NCBI GenBank assembly: GCA_021730935.1
Contig: JAKFYJ010000004.1
Location: 142,412 to 206,411 of the forward strand
Length of the DNA: 64,000 nucleotides
Origin: Elusimicrobiota bacterium
Lineage (GTDB): Bacteria; Elusimicrobiota; Elusimicrobia; 2-02-FULL-39-32
Direction: 5' to 3'
Made by a program: the position numbers and the translations under genes. The notes beneath the pieces were generated by a model. The model did not search any database. It was given only the letters and a program-made list of their open reading frames with translations, and was not told where the DNA came from. Of the stretch, positions 10,150 to 20,260 are shown piece after piece (position 1 is the stretch's first letter; each line of letters opens with the position of its first letter).

Positions 10150-11384
10150 AACAGAAGATTTATTTCGATTACAATTCCACCACGCCGGCGCGTCCGGAAG
10201 TGGTGCAGGCCATGATGCCCTATCTCGATTCTGCGACGGGGCTCTTCGGAAACCCTTCCAGCGTCCACACTTTCGGACAGGCGACGCGGGCGGCGGTGGA
10301 AGACGCGCGCAAAAAAGTCGCGGCGCTTCTCGGATGTTCCGCCGACGAAATCGTTTTCACTTCCTGCGGTTCGGAATCCGACACCACCGCGATCAAGGGA
10401 ACGGCCTTCTCGGCGCGCGAACGCAAAAAGGGCGGACACATCATCACGAGCGCCATCGAGCACGACACGGTCCTTTTCTGTTGCGATTATTTGAGCAAAA
10501 ACGGTTTTGAAGTCACTTATCTGCCGGTGGACAGCGCGGGGCTGGTCCATCCTGACGACGTGAAAAAAGCGATCCGCCAAGACACCATCCTCATCAGCGT
10601 CATGCACGCCAACAATGAGATCGGGACGATTGAGCCGATCGGTGAGATCGGAAAAATCGCGCGCGAAAGGGAAATCCCGTTTCACACCGACGCCGTCCAG
10701 ACCGTGGGGAAAATTCCGACGAAAGTGAATGACTTGAATGTCGACATGCTTTCGCTTTCGGCGCATAAATTTTATGGTCCCAAAGGCGTGGGCGCCCTCT
10801 ATCTCCGGAAAGGCACGCGCCTGCACCCTCTCTTTCACGGGCACCACGAGAAAAATCGGCGGGCCGGGACAGAGAATGTCGCGGGCATCGTGGGCTTGGG
10901 CGTTGCGGCAGAGATCGCCATGAAAGAAATGGAGTCCGACGGCAAGAGAGTCGCCGCCTTGAGAGACCGTCTTGAGCGGGGCATCATCGGATCAATTCCG
11001 AGCATTCATTTGAACGGCCACCCGGCCTTGAGAGTGCCGAGCACCACCAATTTCAGTTTTGAATATGTCGAAGGCGAAGGTTTGGTTGTGCTTCTGGATG
11101 TGGAAGGAGTCGCGGTCTCCACGGGTTCCGCCTGCGCGTCCGGCACGACGCAAGCGTCTCACGTGCTTCGCGCCATCGGCGTCGCTCCCAATGTCGCTCA
11201 GGGCGCGGTCCGTTTTTCCCTGGGCCATTTCAGCACGGAACAGGAAGTGGATGACGTTTTGAAAATAATCCCTCAAGTGGTGGATCGTCTGCGCTCCCTC
11301 TCGCCGCTGTGGGCCGACAAGATCGCCGGGCGCGTGACGGAAATCACTCCCGCGGAACGGTTCATCAAGCCCGCAAAAAAATAA
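10146..11384 (+). CDS. Cysteine desulfurase (NifS/IscS family, PLP-dependent)
   Basis: Class V aminotransferase motifs: SAHKFYGPKGVGALY (PLP lysine) and active-site SGSACAS. The start overlaps the hisS stop (ATGA). Confidence 0.9.
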   Translation: MKQKIYFDYNSTTPARPEVVQAMMPYLDSATGLFGNPSSVHTFGQATRAAVEDARKKVAALLGCSADEIVFTSCGSESDTTAIKGTAFSARERKKGGHIITSAIEHDTVLFCCDYLSKNGFEVTYLPVDSAGLVHPDDVKKAIRQDTILISVMHANNEIGTIEPIGEIGKIAREREIPFHTDAVQTVGKIPTKVNDLNVDMLSLSAHKFYGPKGVGALYLRKGTRLHPLFHGHHEKNRRAGTENVAGIVGLGVAAEIAMKEMESDGKRVAALRDRLERGIIGSIPSIHLNGHPALRVPSTTNFSFEYVEGEGLVVLLDVEGVAVSTGSACASGTTQASHVLRAIGVAPNVAQGAVRFSLGHFSTEQEVDDVLKIIPQVVDRLRSLSPLWADKIAGRVTEITPAERFIKPAKK

Positions 11385-11386
11385 AA

Positions 11387-12238
11387 TTGAAAGACCAAGC
11401 CCTCTCCTTTAAAAAAGCATTGTGGTGGTCCATCTTCTGGATCCTGGCGGCGCTCGCCTTTAACGCGGGGATTTATTTTTGGATGGGAAAAGAAAAGGCG
11501 CTCCTCTTTTTCACGGGTTATGTCATTGAGCGGTCGCTCAGCATGGACAACCTTTTTGTTTTTCTCCTCATCTTCAAATATTTCAAGGTCCCGGACCTGT
11601 ATCAGCCGCGCGTCCTCGAGTGGGGCATCATCGGCGCTTTGGTGATGCGCTTCATCATCATCCTCGGGGGATCGGCGCTCCTCAACATGTTTCAGTGGAT
11701 TTTTTATGTGTTCGGCGTCCTGATCATCTTCACGGCCTATCGCATGATCGTGGACGAAGATAAAGAGCTCAATCACGAAAAAAATGTGATCCTGCGCCTC
11801 TTTAAAAAAATCATGCCGATCTCTTCCGCGAAAGTGGACGGCCACCATTTCTTCACCCGCGAAAACGGGGTCCTTCACGCGACGCCTCTTTTCGTGACGC
11901 TCCTGATCATCGAAAGTTCCGACCTCGTTTTCGCCGTGGACTCCATCCCCGCCATCTTCGCCATCACGACCGACACCTTCATTGTTTATACCTCCAATGT
12001 TTTTGCCATCCTCGGTCTCCGCGCGTTCTATTTCCTCCTCAGCGCCTTGATGCCCATGTTTAAATATCTCAAATACGGGATCTCCATTGTCCTCTTTTTT
12101 GTGGGAGTGAAAATGCTCCTCATGGAGTTTGTTCACATCTCCACCGCCGTTTCCCTGACCGTGGTTTTGGGAGTGCTCACCGCGTCTGTGCTCGTTTCTC
12201 TCCTCTCCAACAGCAAGGAGCCCCATGCCGCAGATTAA
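11387..12238 (+). CDS. TerC family integral membrane protein
   Basis: Multi-TM protein with the TerC signature (ERSLSMDNLFVFLLIF ... ESSDLVFAVDSIPAIFAIT). A TTG start at 11387 directly after the desulfurase stop is assumed; the ORF track's 11309 start overlaps that gene. Confidence 0.75.
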   Translation: MKDQALSFKKALWWSIFWILAALAFNAGIYFWMGKEKALLFFTGYVIERSLSMDNLFVFLLIFKYFKVPDLYQPRVLEWGIIGALVMRFIIILGGSALLNMFQWIFYVFGVLIIFTAYRMIVDEDKELNHEKNVILRLFKKIMPISSAKVDGHHFFTRENGVLHATPLFVTLLIIESSDLVFAVDSIPAIFAITTDTFIVYTSNVFAILGLRAFYFLLSALMPMFKYLKYGISIVLFFVGVKMLLMEFVHISTAVSLTVVLGVLTASVLVSLLSNSKEPHAAD

Positions 12239-14927
12239 AAAGTGGAACATCCTCATTTATTTCGCCATCTTCGCCGTCTTTTCCTTCGGCGGCAGGGCGG
12301 TGAACCTGATCACGGATTATTTCTGGTTTCAGGAAGTCGGCTTCGCCTCCATTTTCTCAAAAGTGTTCGCGGTTCAATCCTCCCTGTGGGGGATCGCCTT
12401 TGCGGTCACGGTCCTCTCTCTTTATATTAATTGGCACATCGCGGCGAAAGTGTGCCGCAGGCCTTTCGTCGTGATCGAGAGGGAAAACATCCTCTCCGCT
12501 ATCCCCTTGCCGCAGGTCGCAGAACTCAAACCATATCTCCGAACCATCCTCATCGCTCTTCTCGCGCTGTTCACTTTCCTCATGTCCAATTGGGCCGGGG
12601 ACCAATGGGAGACTCTGCTCAAGTTTTTTCACGGCGTTCCTTTCGGGAGCAAGGATCCCGTGTTCATGAAGGATATCGGGTTTTATGTTTTTGAGCTTCC
12701 TTTTTATAAATTTCTTTTCCAGTTTTTCATGACGCTCACGCTGGCGTGTTTCGCGATGACGGTGGGGATGTATGTCGTGAACGCCAGGATCTATTGGACG
12801 GCGCGCGGCGTGCAGATCGCGGACGGAGCCAAGATCCAGTGGGCCGTCCTTGGCGGGTTTTTCGCGCTCCTCCTCGCCTATCATTTTCAGGTGGACATGT
12901 ATGACCTCTTGCAGTCCCAGCGCACGCTCGCTCCCGGCGCCGGTTTCTCAGACTTGAACGCCTATCTCCCGGGCTTGAAAATTCTCCGGTTCATCGGCGT
13001 GCTTGCCGCTCTCCTCCTCTGGGCGTCGCCCTATTATTTTGACCTGAAGCTTATTTTCGCGGCCGGGCTCCTGATCGTGCTGGGCCCTCTCCTGGCCCGA
13101 ACCTATTCCGAGACGGTGCAGAAATTTCAGGTGGCCCCCAACGAGATCGTGAAAGAAACGCCTTATATCCAGCAGGCGATCCGCTCCACCCGCGAGGCTT
13201 ATGGACTCTCGAACATCCAGGAACTGGAATTCAATCCCAACGAAAACCTGACGGTCGAAGCGCTCAAGCAGAACGACGTCACCATCAAAAATATCCGCCT
13301 TTGGGAACATAAGCCTTTGCTCACATCCTATGGCCAGCTTCAGGAAATCCGCACCTATTATGATTTTCTGGACGCCGACAATGACCGCTATCTTGTGAAC
13401 GGCGAACTCCGCCAGATCATGCTTTCCGCCCGGGAGCTGGCGCCCGAGAGTCTCCCGTCCCGCATCTGGATCAACGAGCACCTCACCTATACCCACGGCT
13501 ACGGCATCTGCATGGGGCCCGTGAACCGCATTTCTCCCGAGGGGCTTCCGGAATTTTTCATCAAGGATATTCCGCCGAAATCCTCCGTCGACATCGAGAT
13601 CAAGCGGCCCGAAATTTATTTCGGCGAAGCGCGCGCGGGATATTGCATCGTGAAAACTGCGTCCAAGGAATTCGATTATCCGTCGGGCGAAGAAAATGTC
13701 TATACGACCTATACCGGGAAAGGCGGCGTGCCGGTCAAGAATTTCTTTCGGAAACTCCTTTTCGCGGTCCGCTTCGGCGAACTCAAAATATTGCTGTCCG
13801 GAGACATCACGGCCGAGAGCCGGTTCCTCTATAATCGTTCGGTGAGGGAACGCGTGGAAGAAGCCGCGCCGTTCATCCGCTTTGAGACGGACCCTTATGC
13901 AGTCATCACAAAGGAGGGCAGGATCGTCTGGATCATCGACGGATATTCCACCACGGACCATTATCCCTATTCCGAGGCCATCGGCGACTTGAATTATGTC
14001 CGCAACTCCGTGAAAGCCACCGTGGACGCCTATGACGGAACCCTCCATTTTTATATCGCCGACGCCGCGGACCCTTTGATCCAAACCTATGCGAATATAT
14101 TTCCCGGCATTTTTGAGCCGATCCAATCAATGCCTGAAGACCTTCACGCCCACATCCGCTATCCTCAGACGCTCATGAACATCCAGGCCAGGATCTATGC
14201 GACGTATCACATGACGGACCCGCAGGTTTTCTATAACAAAGAAGACATCTGGAAAATTCCCATGCGCGTCGCCGGCGGAGCGAACCAGGCGATGGAACCT
14301 TATTACACGATCATGAAGCTCGCGGGGCAAACGCAGAAGGAGGAATTCATTTTGATGGTGCCCTTCACTCCGTCCAAGAAAGAGAACATGATCAGTTGGA
14401 TGGCCGCCCGTTGCGACGCCCCCAATTATGGCAAACTGCTCGTCTATAATTTCCCCAAACAGAAGCTGGTTTATGGTCCCCAGCAGATTGAGTCCCGCAT
14501 CGATCAGGACGCGGAAATTTCCAAACAGCTGACGCTCTGGGACCAGGGCGGAAGTCGGGTGTTGCGCGGCAGTCTCCTCGTGATCCCCGTCGATCAATCC
14601 TTGCTTTATGTCCAGCCGCTTTATCTGGAAGCGTCCGGCGGGGGACTTCCGGAACTCAAACGCGTCATCGTGGCTTATGGCAACTCGATCGCCATGGAAG
14701 AAAATCTGGAACTCTCTCTCGCGAGAATTTTCGGGGGCAAGATTGATCGGCGTTCCAGCCAGGAAATGTCTTCGCCCTCAACGGGGGACCAGGGGTTCCG
14801 GCGGAGCGCCAGGCAGGCGCAGGAACATTTTGACCGCGCCCAGAAAGCCATGCGCTCGGGCGACTGGGCGGCCTATGGCGCAGAGATGGAAAGCGTCGGA
14901 AAAATTTTAAATTCTCTCGGAAAATAA
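12225..14927 (+). CDS. UPF0182-family large membrane protein
   Basis: 900 aa with about seven N-terminal TM helices, then a large soluble domain. The N-terminal DYFWFQEVGF motif resembles UPF0182 proteins. The identification is from memory, not a search. Confidence 0.6.
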   Translation: MPQIKKWNILIYFAIFAVFSFGGRAVNLITDYFWFQEVGFASIFSKVFAVQSSLWGIAFAVTVLSLYINWHIAAKVCRRPFVVIERENILSAIPLPQVAELKPYLRTILIALLALFTFLMSNWAGDQWETLLKFFHGVPFGSKDPVFMKDIGFYVFELPFYKFLFQFFMTLTLACFAMTVGMYVVNARIYWTARGVQIADGAKIQWAVLGGFFALLLAYHFQVDMYDLLQSQRTLAPGAGFSDLNAYLPGLKILRFIGVLAALLLWASPYYFDLKLIFAAGLLIVLGPLLARTYSETVQKFQVAPNEIVKETPYIQQAIRSTREAYGLSNIQELEFNPNENLTVEALKQNDVTIKNIRLWEHKPLLTSYGQLQEIRTYYDFLDADNDRYLVNGELRQIMLSARELAPESLPSRIWINEHLTYTHGYGICMGPVNRISPEGLPEFFIKDIPPKSSVDIEIKRPEIYFGEARAGYCIVKTASKEFDYPSGEENVYTTYTGKGGVPVKNFFRKLLFAVRFGELKILLSGDITAESRFLYNRSVRERVEEAAPFIRFETDPYAVITKEGRIVWIIDGYSTTDHYPYSEAIGDLNYVRNSVKATVDAYDGTLHFYIADAADPLIQTYANIFPGIFEPIQSMPEDLHAHIRYPQTLMNIQARIYATYHMTDPQVFYNKEDIWKIPMRVAGGANQAMEPYYTIMKLAGQTQKEEFILMVPFTPSKKENMISWMAARCDAPNYGKLLVYNFPKQKLVYGPQQIESRIDQDAEISKQLTLWDQGGSRVLRGSLLVIPVDQSLLYVQPLYLEASGGGLPELKRVIVAYGNSIAMEENLELSLARIFGGKIDRRSSQEMSSPSTGDQGFRRSARQAQEHFDRAQKAMRSGDWAAYGAEMESVGKILNSLGK

Positions 14928-14934
14928 TTATAAA

Positions 14935-16074
14935 ATGGACGAACTAAAAATGTTCCTAAAAGAAAAACCACTTTCATTTAAAATCGCGCTCATCCTTTTC
15001 ATCGCGGGTCTTGTGCTCGCGTTCCGCACCCTCCGCGTGATGTGCACGGAACAGCAGGAAGAGCCGGAGATCGTCGCCAAAATCAGCGTGCAGAAACCCA
15101 AACATGTTCACGGCGTCCACGTCACATCGTGGGCGGCGGGCTCTGTGAGGTTCAGAAAACACATCTGGGCCCTGCTGGACGAAACCGAGATCAACACGCT
15201 CGTGATCGGGATCAAGGAAGTGGACGGAGTGGTGGCGGTTCCGGGCGTGGCCCGGGCCATTCAGTCCAAGGCGTATCAGGACGCGATTCCGGACCTCCCG
15301 CAGTTCATGAACGAACTTAAAAGGCGCGGAATCTATCCCGTGGCCCGCCTGGTGGTGTTCAAGGACAAACATTTCTCTCTCGCCAATCCCCAGCTTTCCA
15401 TCAAGAATCCCGACGGGACAGTTTGGAAGGACCACGCCGGCAATTCCTGGCTGGACCCCTATAACAAAGAAGTTTGGGAATATGTTTTTTCCATCGCCAA
15501 GCGATGCATCGAAGTGGGGTTCCAGGAAATCCAGTTTGATTACATCCGTTATCCCTCCGACGGCGACATCAAGAAGTGCCGATATTCCTATGCGCACCAC
15601 AATTCCAGCTCCGCCGCCGCCAACCTGGAAGCGTTCCTCGCCGAAGCCAACAAGCGGTTCAAGCCCATGGGAGCGAATCTCTCCATTGACATCTTCGGCT
15701 TGATTCCTTCCGTCGACAACGACATGGGCATCGGGCAGAGTTTCCTGCGCATGACGAATCAGGTGGATTATGTCTCCCCGATGGTTTATCCGTCGCATTA
15801 TGCGAAAGGCGAATACGGCATCCCCGAGCCCAACCGCGAGCCGTACAAAGTCGTTCACCGCACCATGACAGACGCCAAGCGCAAACTCGGAGAAAATTTC
15901 ACGAAGCTTCGTCCCTATCTCCAGGACTTTTCTCTGGGCGGCGTGCGTTACGGCCCGGAAGAAATCAAGGCCCAGATCAAGGCCTGCAACGATCTCGGCA
16001 TCGAGGACTGGCTCCTCTGGAACGCCGGATCAAAATATACGATGGACGGATTGAAAGCCAGAGGCAAATCATGA
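14935..16074 (+). CDS. Membrane-anchored hypothetical protein, putative TIM-barrel glycoside-hydrolase-like
   Basis: N-terminal TM anchor and an otherwise conserved-looking soluble domain (WLDPYNKEVWEYVFSIAKRCIEVGFQEIQFDYIRYP) reminiscent of GH-like DUF proteins. Function uncertain. Confidence 0.4.
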   Translation: MDELKMFLKEKPLSFKIALILFIAGLVLAFRTLRVMCTEQQEEPEIVAKISVQKPKHVHGVHVTSWAAGSVRFRKHIWALLDETEINTLVIGIKEVDGVVAVPGVARAIQSKAYQDAIPDLPQFMNELKRRGIYPVARLVVFKDKHFSLANPQLSIKNPDGTVWKDHAGNSWLDPYNKEVWEYVFSIAKRCIEVGFQEIQFDYIRYPSDGDIKKCRYSYAHHNSSSAAANLEAFLAEANKRFKPMGANLSIDIFGLIPSVDNDMGIGQSFLRMTNQVDYVSPMVYPSHYAKGEYGIPEPNREPYKVVHRTMTDAKRKLGENFTKLRPYLQDFSLGGVRYGPEEIKAQIKACNDLGIEDWLLWNAGSKYTMDGLKARGKS

Positions 16075-17357
16075 GCCGCGCCGTTGCTGTCCCACCTATA
16101 TTTAATGAGCATGTGCATATTGAGAATTTTCTTGAGGATTTCGTGCTGGAGGAAAAACGCGATTTAATATTGAAGGACGCTGATCTCAAAACGGAAATAA
16201 ATTTTCGTCAATCAAACGGCATTGAATATCCCGTTTATGTCAATGAATTTTGGACCCCCAGACAGAGGCAGGGAAATGCGTTACATGAAGTGGCTTACCG
16301 TGCCTGTTTCAAGCCTCAGCTTCCAAGATTTTTTATCGAATTGCTGAGCCGCCCCGGAGACGTCGTTTATGATCCATTCAGCGGCAGAGGCACGACAGCG
16401 GTTGAGGCTGGTCTTCTGGGCCGCAATGTCATCGCCAATGACGCGAATCCTTTGAGCAGGATTCTGGCGAAACCTCGGCTGAACGTTCCTTCCCTGGATG
16501 AAATTGAACGGCGATTAACTTCAATAAAGATGGACGATCGCGCAAAGGCAGAATTGGATTTATCAATGTTCTATCATCCCAAAACGGAATCGGAAATCGT
16601 TTCGCTGAAACAATATCTTGAAATGAGGTCTGCCGCGGAAGCTGAAGATCATGTGGATGAATGGATCAGGATGATCGCGACGAACCGTCTGACCGGACAT
16701 TCTCCGGGATTTTTCTCAGTTTATACGTTGCCGCCCAATCAGGCCGTCAGCCCGCAGAGTCAGATAAAAATCAATTTCAAAAGAAATCAGTCTCCGGAAT
16801 ACAGGGACACAAAAAAATTGATCCGTCAAAAGTTTGTGAGCCTTACTTCTGAAATCAATGAAACACTCAGGGAACGTCTTAAAAGGATCAGCAGGGACGC
16901 GAAATTTTTGTCAGAAGACGCAAGGCGGACCACAAAAATACCTAGAGAGTCTGTGGACCTCACGGTCACTTCACCTCCGTTCCTCGATGTCGTCCAGTAT
17001 GCCGACGACAACTGGCTGAGGGGCTGGTTCAATGGAATCAATTTTGAGGAAGTCGAGAAAAAAATCACCGTATCGAAAACGATCGGGGACTGGCGCGGGA
17101 TCATGCAGGATGTTTTGTTAGAGCTTCGCCGGATAACAAAAGCCGGCGGGTGGATCGCATTTGAGGTGGGCGAGATCCGGAATGGGAGCATCAATCTTGA
17201 CGAGCATGTCGCCGGTCTTGGATTGAAGGCAGGGTTGGAATGCGCAGGGGTGGTCGTCAACAGCCAGGCATTTACGAAGACATCAAATATTTGGGGGATC
17301 AAGAACAATTCATCAGGCACGAACACCAATAGAATTGTTTTGTTTCAAAAGAAATGA
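16071..17357 (+). CDS. DNA methyltransferase (N4-cytosine or N6-adenine), R-M system candidate
   Basis: AdoMet-binding motif I (VVYDPFSGRGTTAVEA) and catalytic motif IV (SPPF, as in N4C/N6A MTases). The region is about 42% GC against about 58% flanking. Start overlaps the upstream stop (ATGA). Confidence 0.8.
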   Translation: MSRAVAVPPIFNEHVHIENFLEDFVLEEKRDLILKDADLKTEINFRQSNGIEYPVYVNEFWTPRQRQGNALHEVAYRACFKPQLPRFFIELLSRPGDVVYDPFSGRGTTAVEAGLLGRNVIANDANPLSRILAKPRLNVPSLDEIERRLTSIKMDDRAKAELDLSMFYHPKTESEIVSLKQYLEMRSAAEAEDHVDEWIRMIATNRLTGHSPGFFSVYTLPPNQAVSPQSQIKINFKRNQSPEYRDTKKLIRQKFVSLTSEINETLRERLKRISRDAKFLSEDARRTTKIPRESVDLTVTSPPFLDVVQYADDNWLRGWFNGINFEEVEKKITVSKTIGDWRGIMQDVLLELRRITKAGGWIAFEVGEIRNGSINLDEHVAGLGLKAGLECAGVVVNSQAFTKTSNIWGIKNNSSGTNTNRIVLFQKK

Positions 17358-18019
17358 CGGATTCAGAATACACAAAAAAGCTGGAAAGCGTCATCCGGCA
17401 GATGCTTACGCCTCTGAAAAGCCTGCCTTTTCCGCTTGTGGTTGAAGGGATTTCAAATCATAAAGTCCTTCCCTTCAACAGCAATGACTCTAAAGATTTG
17501 AAAGTGTTGGAGACTCTCAAATCAGTGGCGGTTCATGCAGGCAGGAAGATTAATGAGAATGGGATCCTGAGGTCCCGACCGAATGAAGTTGGGAATGATA
17601 TTGAAGCGTTTGTGAAATCTTCCATGAATGAAATCGGATACAAGGCTGAAACGCCTAAAACGCGCGGAGGTAAAAGAAAAACAACCGGCTATCCGGACCT
17701 TCGCTTCATTGATGAATTTGGACGAGCCCATTATCTTGAGTGCAAGACATTTAATATTGAAAACATCGATACGACTCAGAGGTCATTTTATCTGTCTCCT
17801 TCTGACGATTTTAAGGTGACGGAAGACGCTCTTCATTTTGTAATGTCCTTTGAAATTTTAGAAAAGACAAGAAAGGGATCGCAAAATCTTTACCATTGCC
17901 GAACATGGAAAATATTAACCTTGGATAAGCTATATGTAGATGTTAAATATGAGTTCAATTCTGATAATGCTCGCCTTTATGATGAGGATCTAATTCTGGC
18001 TGAAGGAGACGTCGTTTGA
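17354..18019 (+). CDS. Putative type II restriction endonuclease (PD-(D/E)xK)
   Basis: 221 aa, translationally coupled (ATGA overlap) to the MTase and also low-GC. Contains a PD-x14-ExK motif (YPDLRFIDEFGRAHYLECK). No recognisable family otherwise. Confidence 0.45.
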   Translation: MTDSEYTKKLESVIRQMLTPLKSLPFPLVVEGISNHKVLPFNSNDSKDLKVLETLKSVAVHAGRKINENGILRSRPNEVGNDIEAFVKSSMNEIGYKAETPKTRGGKRKTTGYPDLRFIDEFGRAHYLECKTFNIENIDTTQRSFYLSPSDDFKVTEDALHFVMSFEILEKTRKGSQNLYHCRTWKILTLDKLYVDVKYEFNSDNARLYDEDLILAEGDVV

Positions 18020-19092
18020 AGAAAAGGATCGTCGTCGCCATGTCGGGCGGAGTGGACTCTTCGGTCGCGGCGGCTCTCCTGAAATCGGAGGGACACGAAG
18101 TGATCGGGATCACGCTCCGGCTCTGGGCGCCTTCGTCCTGGAACGACGGCGACAAGTTCGGGAGCTGTTGTTCGCCCCGGGACGTCGCGGACGCCAAGGA
18201 GGTTTGCCGCAAACTCGATGTCCCGCATTACACCTATAACCTCGAGGACAAATTTCGGGAAACGGTCGTGGACAATTTTGTTTCGGAATATGCCGCGGGC
18301 CGAACTCCCAACCCCTGCGTGCGTTGCAACGCCTATGTGAAGTTTGACGTGCTTTTGAAATATGCCGTGGCGCTCAATGCGGATTATTTGGCCACGGGAC
18401 ATTATGCCAAGATCGAAAAATCCGGCGGCGCCTTTCAGCTCAAGAAAGCGGCGGACCTCACCAAGGATCAGTCTTATTTTCTTTATATGCTCGGCCAGAA
18501 AGAGCTTTCCCGCTTGCTGTTCCCTCTTGGGAATTTCACCAAGGTGCAGATCCGCGAGGCGGCCGAGAAATTCGGCCTTCCCACCGCGCGCAAGGCGGAC
18601 AGCCAGGACGTCTGTTTCCTCGAAGGCCGGGACTATCGCGAATTCGTGAGGATGCGGATGCCCGAGAAAAAGAAAGGGCTTATCAAAACCCGAGAGGGAA
18701 AAATTTTGGGTGAGCACGAGGGTCTCCCGTTTTATACGATCGGCCAGAGAGAAGGTTTGGGGATCGCCACAGGCGAGCGCACCTATGTCCTTGAAAAGGA
18801 CCTGGATTCCAACACGCTTTTCGTCGGAAACGCCGAGGAAGGCCTTTCCGGCTCCTGCGTCGTGGATTCCGTCACCTGGTGCAATTCGCTCGATAACAAA
18901 GAGGTCCGGTCCTCCGTCAAAATCCGTTATCGCCATCCAGGGGCCAACGCGCTTGTAAAACAAATCGCCCCCGGCCAGGTGAAAGTGTCTTTTGATGTTC
19001 CGCAGGCCGCCATCGCCATGGGCCAGTCCGCCGTTTTTTATGACGGAGAAACAGTTCTGGGAGGAGGAGTCATTTCCAATGTCAGTTCCTGA
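18016..19092 (+). CDS. mnmA: tRNA-specific 2-thiouridylase MnmA
   Basis: PP-loop motif SGGVDSS at the N-terminus and conserved MnmA cysteines (CVRCN; DVCFLEGRDY). Confidence 0.9.
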   Translation: MKKRIVVAMSGGVDSSVAAALLKSEGHEVIGITLRLWAPSSWNDGDKFGSCCSPRDVADAKEVCRKLDVPHYTYNLEDKFRETVVDNFVSEYAAGRTPNPCVRCNAYVKFDVLLKYAVALNADYLATGHYAKIEKSGGAFQLKKAADLTKDQSYFLYMLGQKELSRLLFPLGNFTKVQIREAAEKFGLPTARKADSQDVCFLEGRDYREFVRMRMPEKKKGLIKTREGKILGEHEGLPFYTIGQREGLGIATGERTYVLEKDLDSNTLFVGNAEEGLSGSCVVDSVTWCNSLDNKEVRSSVKIRYRHPGANALVKQIAPGQVKVSFDVPQAAIAMGQSAVFYDGETVLGGGVISNVSS

Positions 19093-20260
19093 TTCATTAA
19101 AACGCGGCGTAATCGAGATCATTTCCGAGAAAGAGCTTGCGGAAAAATTAGCGAAGGGAAAACCTCTCCGCATCAAGCTGGGCGTGGACCCGACGGCTCC
19201 GGACCTCCACCTGGGCCATACCGTCGTCTTAAACAAACTTAAAAATTTTCAGGACGCGGGACATACCATTGTTTTCATCATAGGAGACTTTACGGCCAAG
19301 ATTGGAGATCCTTCGGGGCGCAGTGAAACCCGCCCGCAGGTGGCCGGCGTGGACATAGAAAAAAATGCCGAAACCTATCTCTCTCAGGTGTCCAAAGTTT
19401 TGGATTCCACAAAAATGGAAGTGCGGAAAAATTCAGAGTGGCTGGAACAGGCATTCAACGTTTCTCAGATTGCTAAAATCGGTTCTGTGTTTTCCACTCT
19501 GTTCACTCGATACACGGTTCAGCAATTGATGCAAAGAGAGGATTTCGCTCAAAGGCTGAAGGCCGGCAGTCCGATCACGTTTATGGAAATGCTCTATCCC
19601 CTTTTTCAGGGCTACGATTCCGTCGCGGTTCAGGCCGATGTTGAAATCGGGGGCACGGATCAGCTTTTTAATCTTCTGATCGGCAGGGAAATTCAGAGGG
19701 ATTTCGGTCAGGTGCCGCAAGTGGTCATGACCCTTCCTTTGTTGGTCGGATTGGACGGCGTCCGGAAGATGTCCAAATCTTATGGAAACCATGTGGCGCT
19801 CAACGATCCTCCGTCGGAAATGTTCGGAAAAGTCATGTCGGTGCCGGATGAGCTTATGTGGCAATATTATGAGCTCCTGACTGACGAGAAACTGGCCGAC
19901 GTCAAAGCCCTTCATCCCAAGGAAGCCAAGGTCCGTCTCGCGAAATTTTTTGTGAGCCGTTATCATGGGGTTTCTGCCGCAGAGGGAGCCCAATCCGAAT
20001 TTGAAAAAGTTTTCTCCAAGGGGCATGTGCCGGAAGAAATTGAGGAGCACACGGCTTCCCAAAGCCGTCTCAACATTTCCAGCCTGCTTTTCGAGTCCGG
20101 CCTTTCGCCTTCCAAGAAAGAGTCCAAGCGTCTCATCGAAGGCGGCGGCGTGAAAATTGACGGAAAGGCGGTCGCGAACGATCAGGAAATCGAAATTTCA
20201 GGCCCGGTGGTCCTTCAGGTCGGCAAACGGAGATTCAAAAGGATTGTGGCCCCCAAATGA
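19079..20260 (+). CDS. tyrS: Tyrosine--tRNA ligase
   Basis: Class I motifs HLGH and KMSKS, and a C-terminal S4-like domain (KRLIEGGGVKIDGKAV). Start placed at MSVPD (19079), a 14-nt overlap with mnmA. Confidence 0.85.
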   Translation: MSVPDSLKRGVIEIISEKELAEKLAKGKPLRIKLGVDPTAPDLHLGHTVVLNKLKNFQDAGHTIVFIIGDFTAKIGDPSGRSETRPQVAGVDIEKNAETYLSQVSKVLDSTKMEVRKNSEWLEQAFNVSQIAKIGSVFSTLFTRYTVQQLMQREDFAQRLKAGSPITFMEMLYPLFQGYDSVAVQADVEIGGTDQLFNLLIGREIQRDFGQVPQVVMTLPLLVGLDGVRKMSKSYGNHVALNDPPSEMFGKVMSVPDELMWQYYELLTDEKLADVKALHPKEAKVRLAKFFVSRYHGVSAAEGAQSEFEKVFSKGHVPEEIEEHTASQSRLNISSLLFESGLSPSKKESKRLIEGGGVKIDGKAVANDQEIEISGPVVLQVGKRRFKRIVAPK

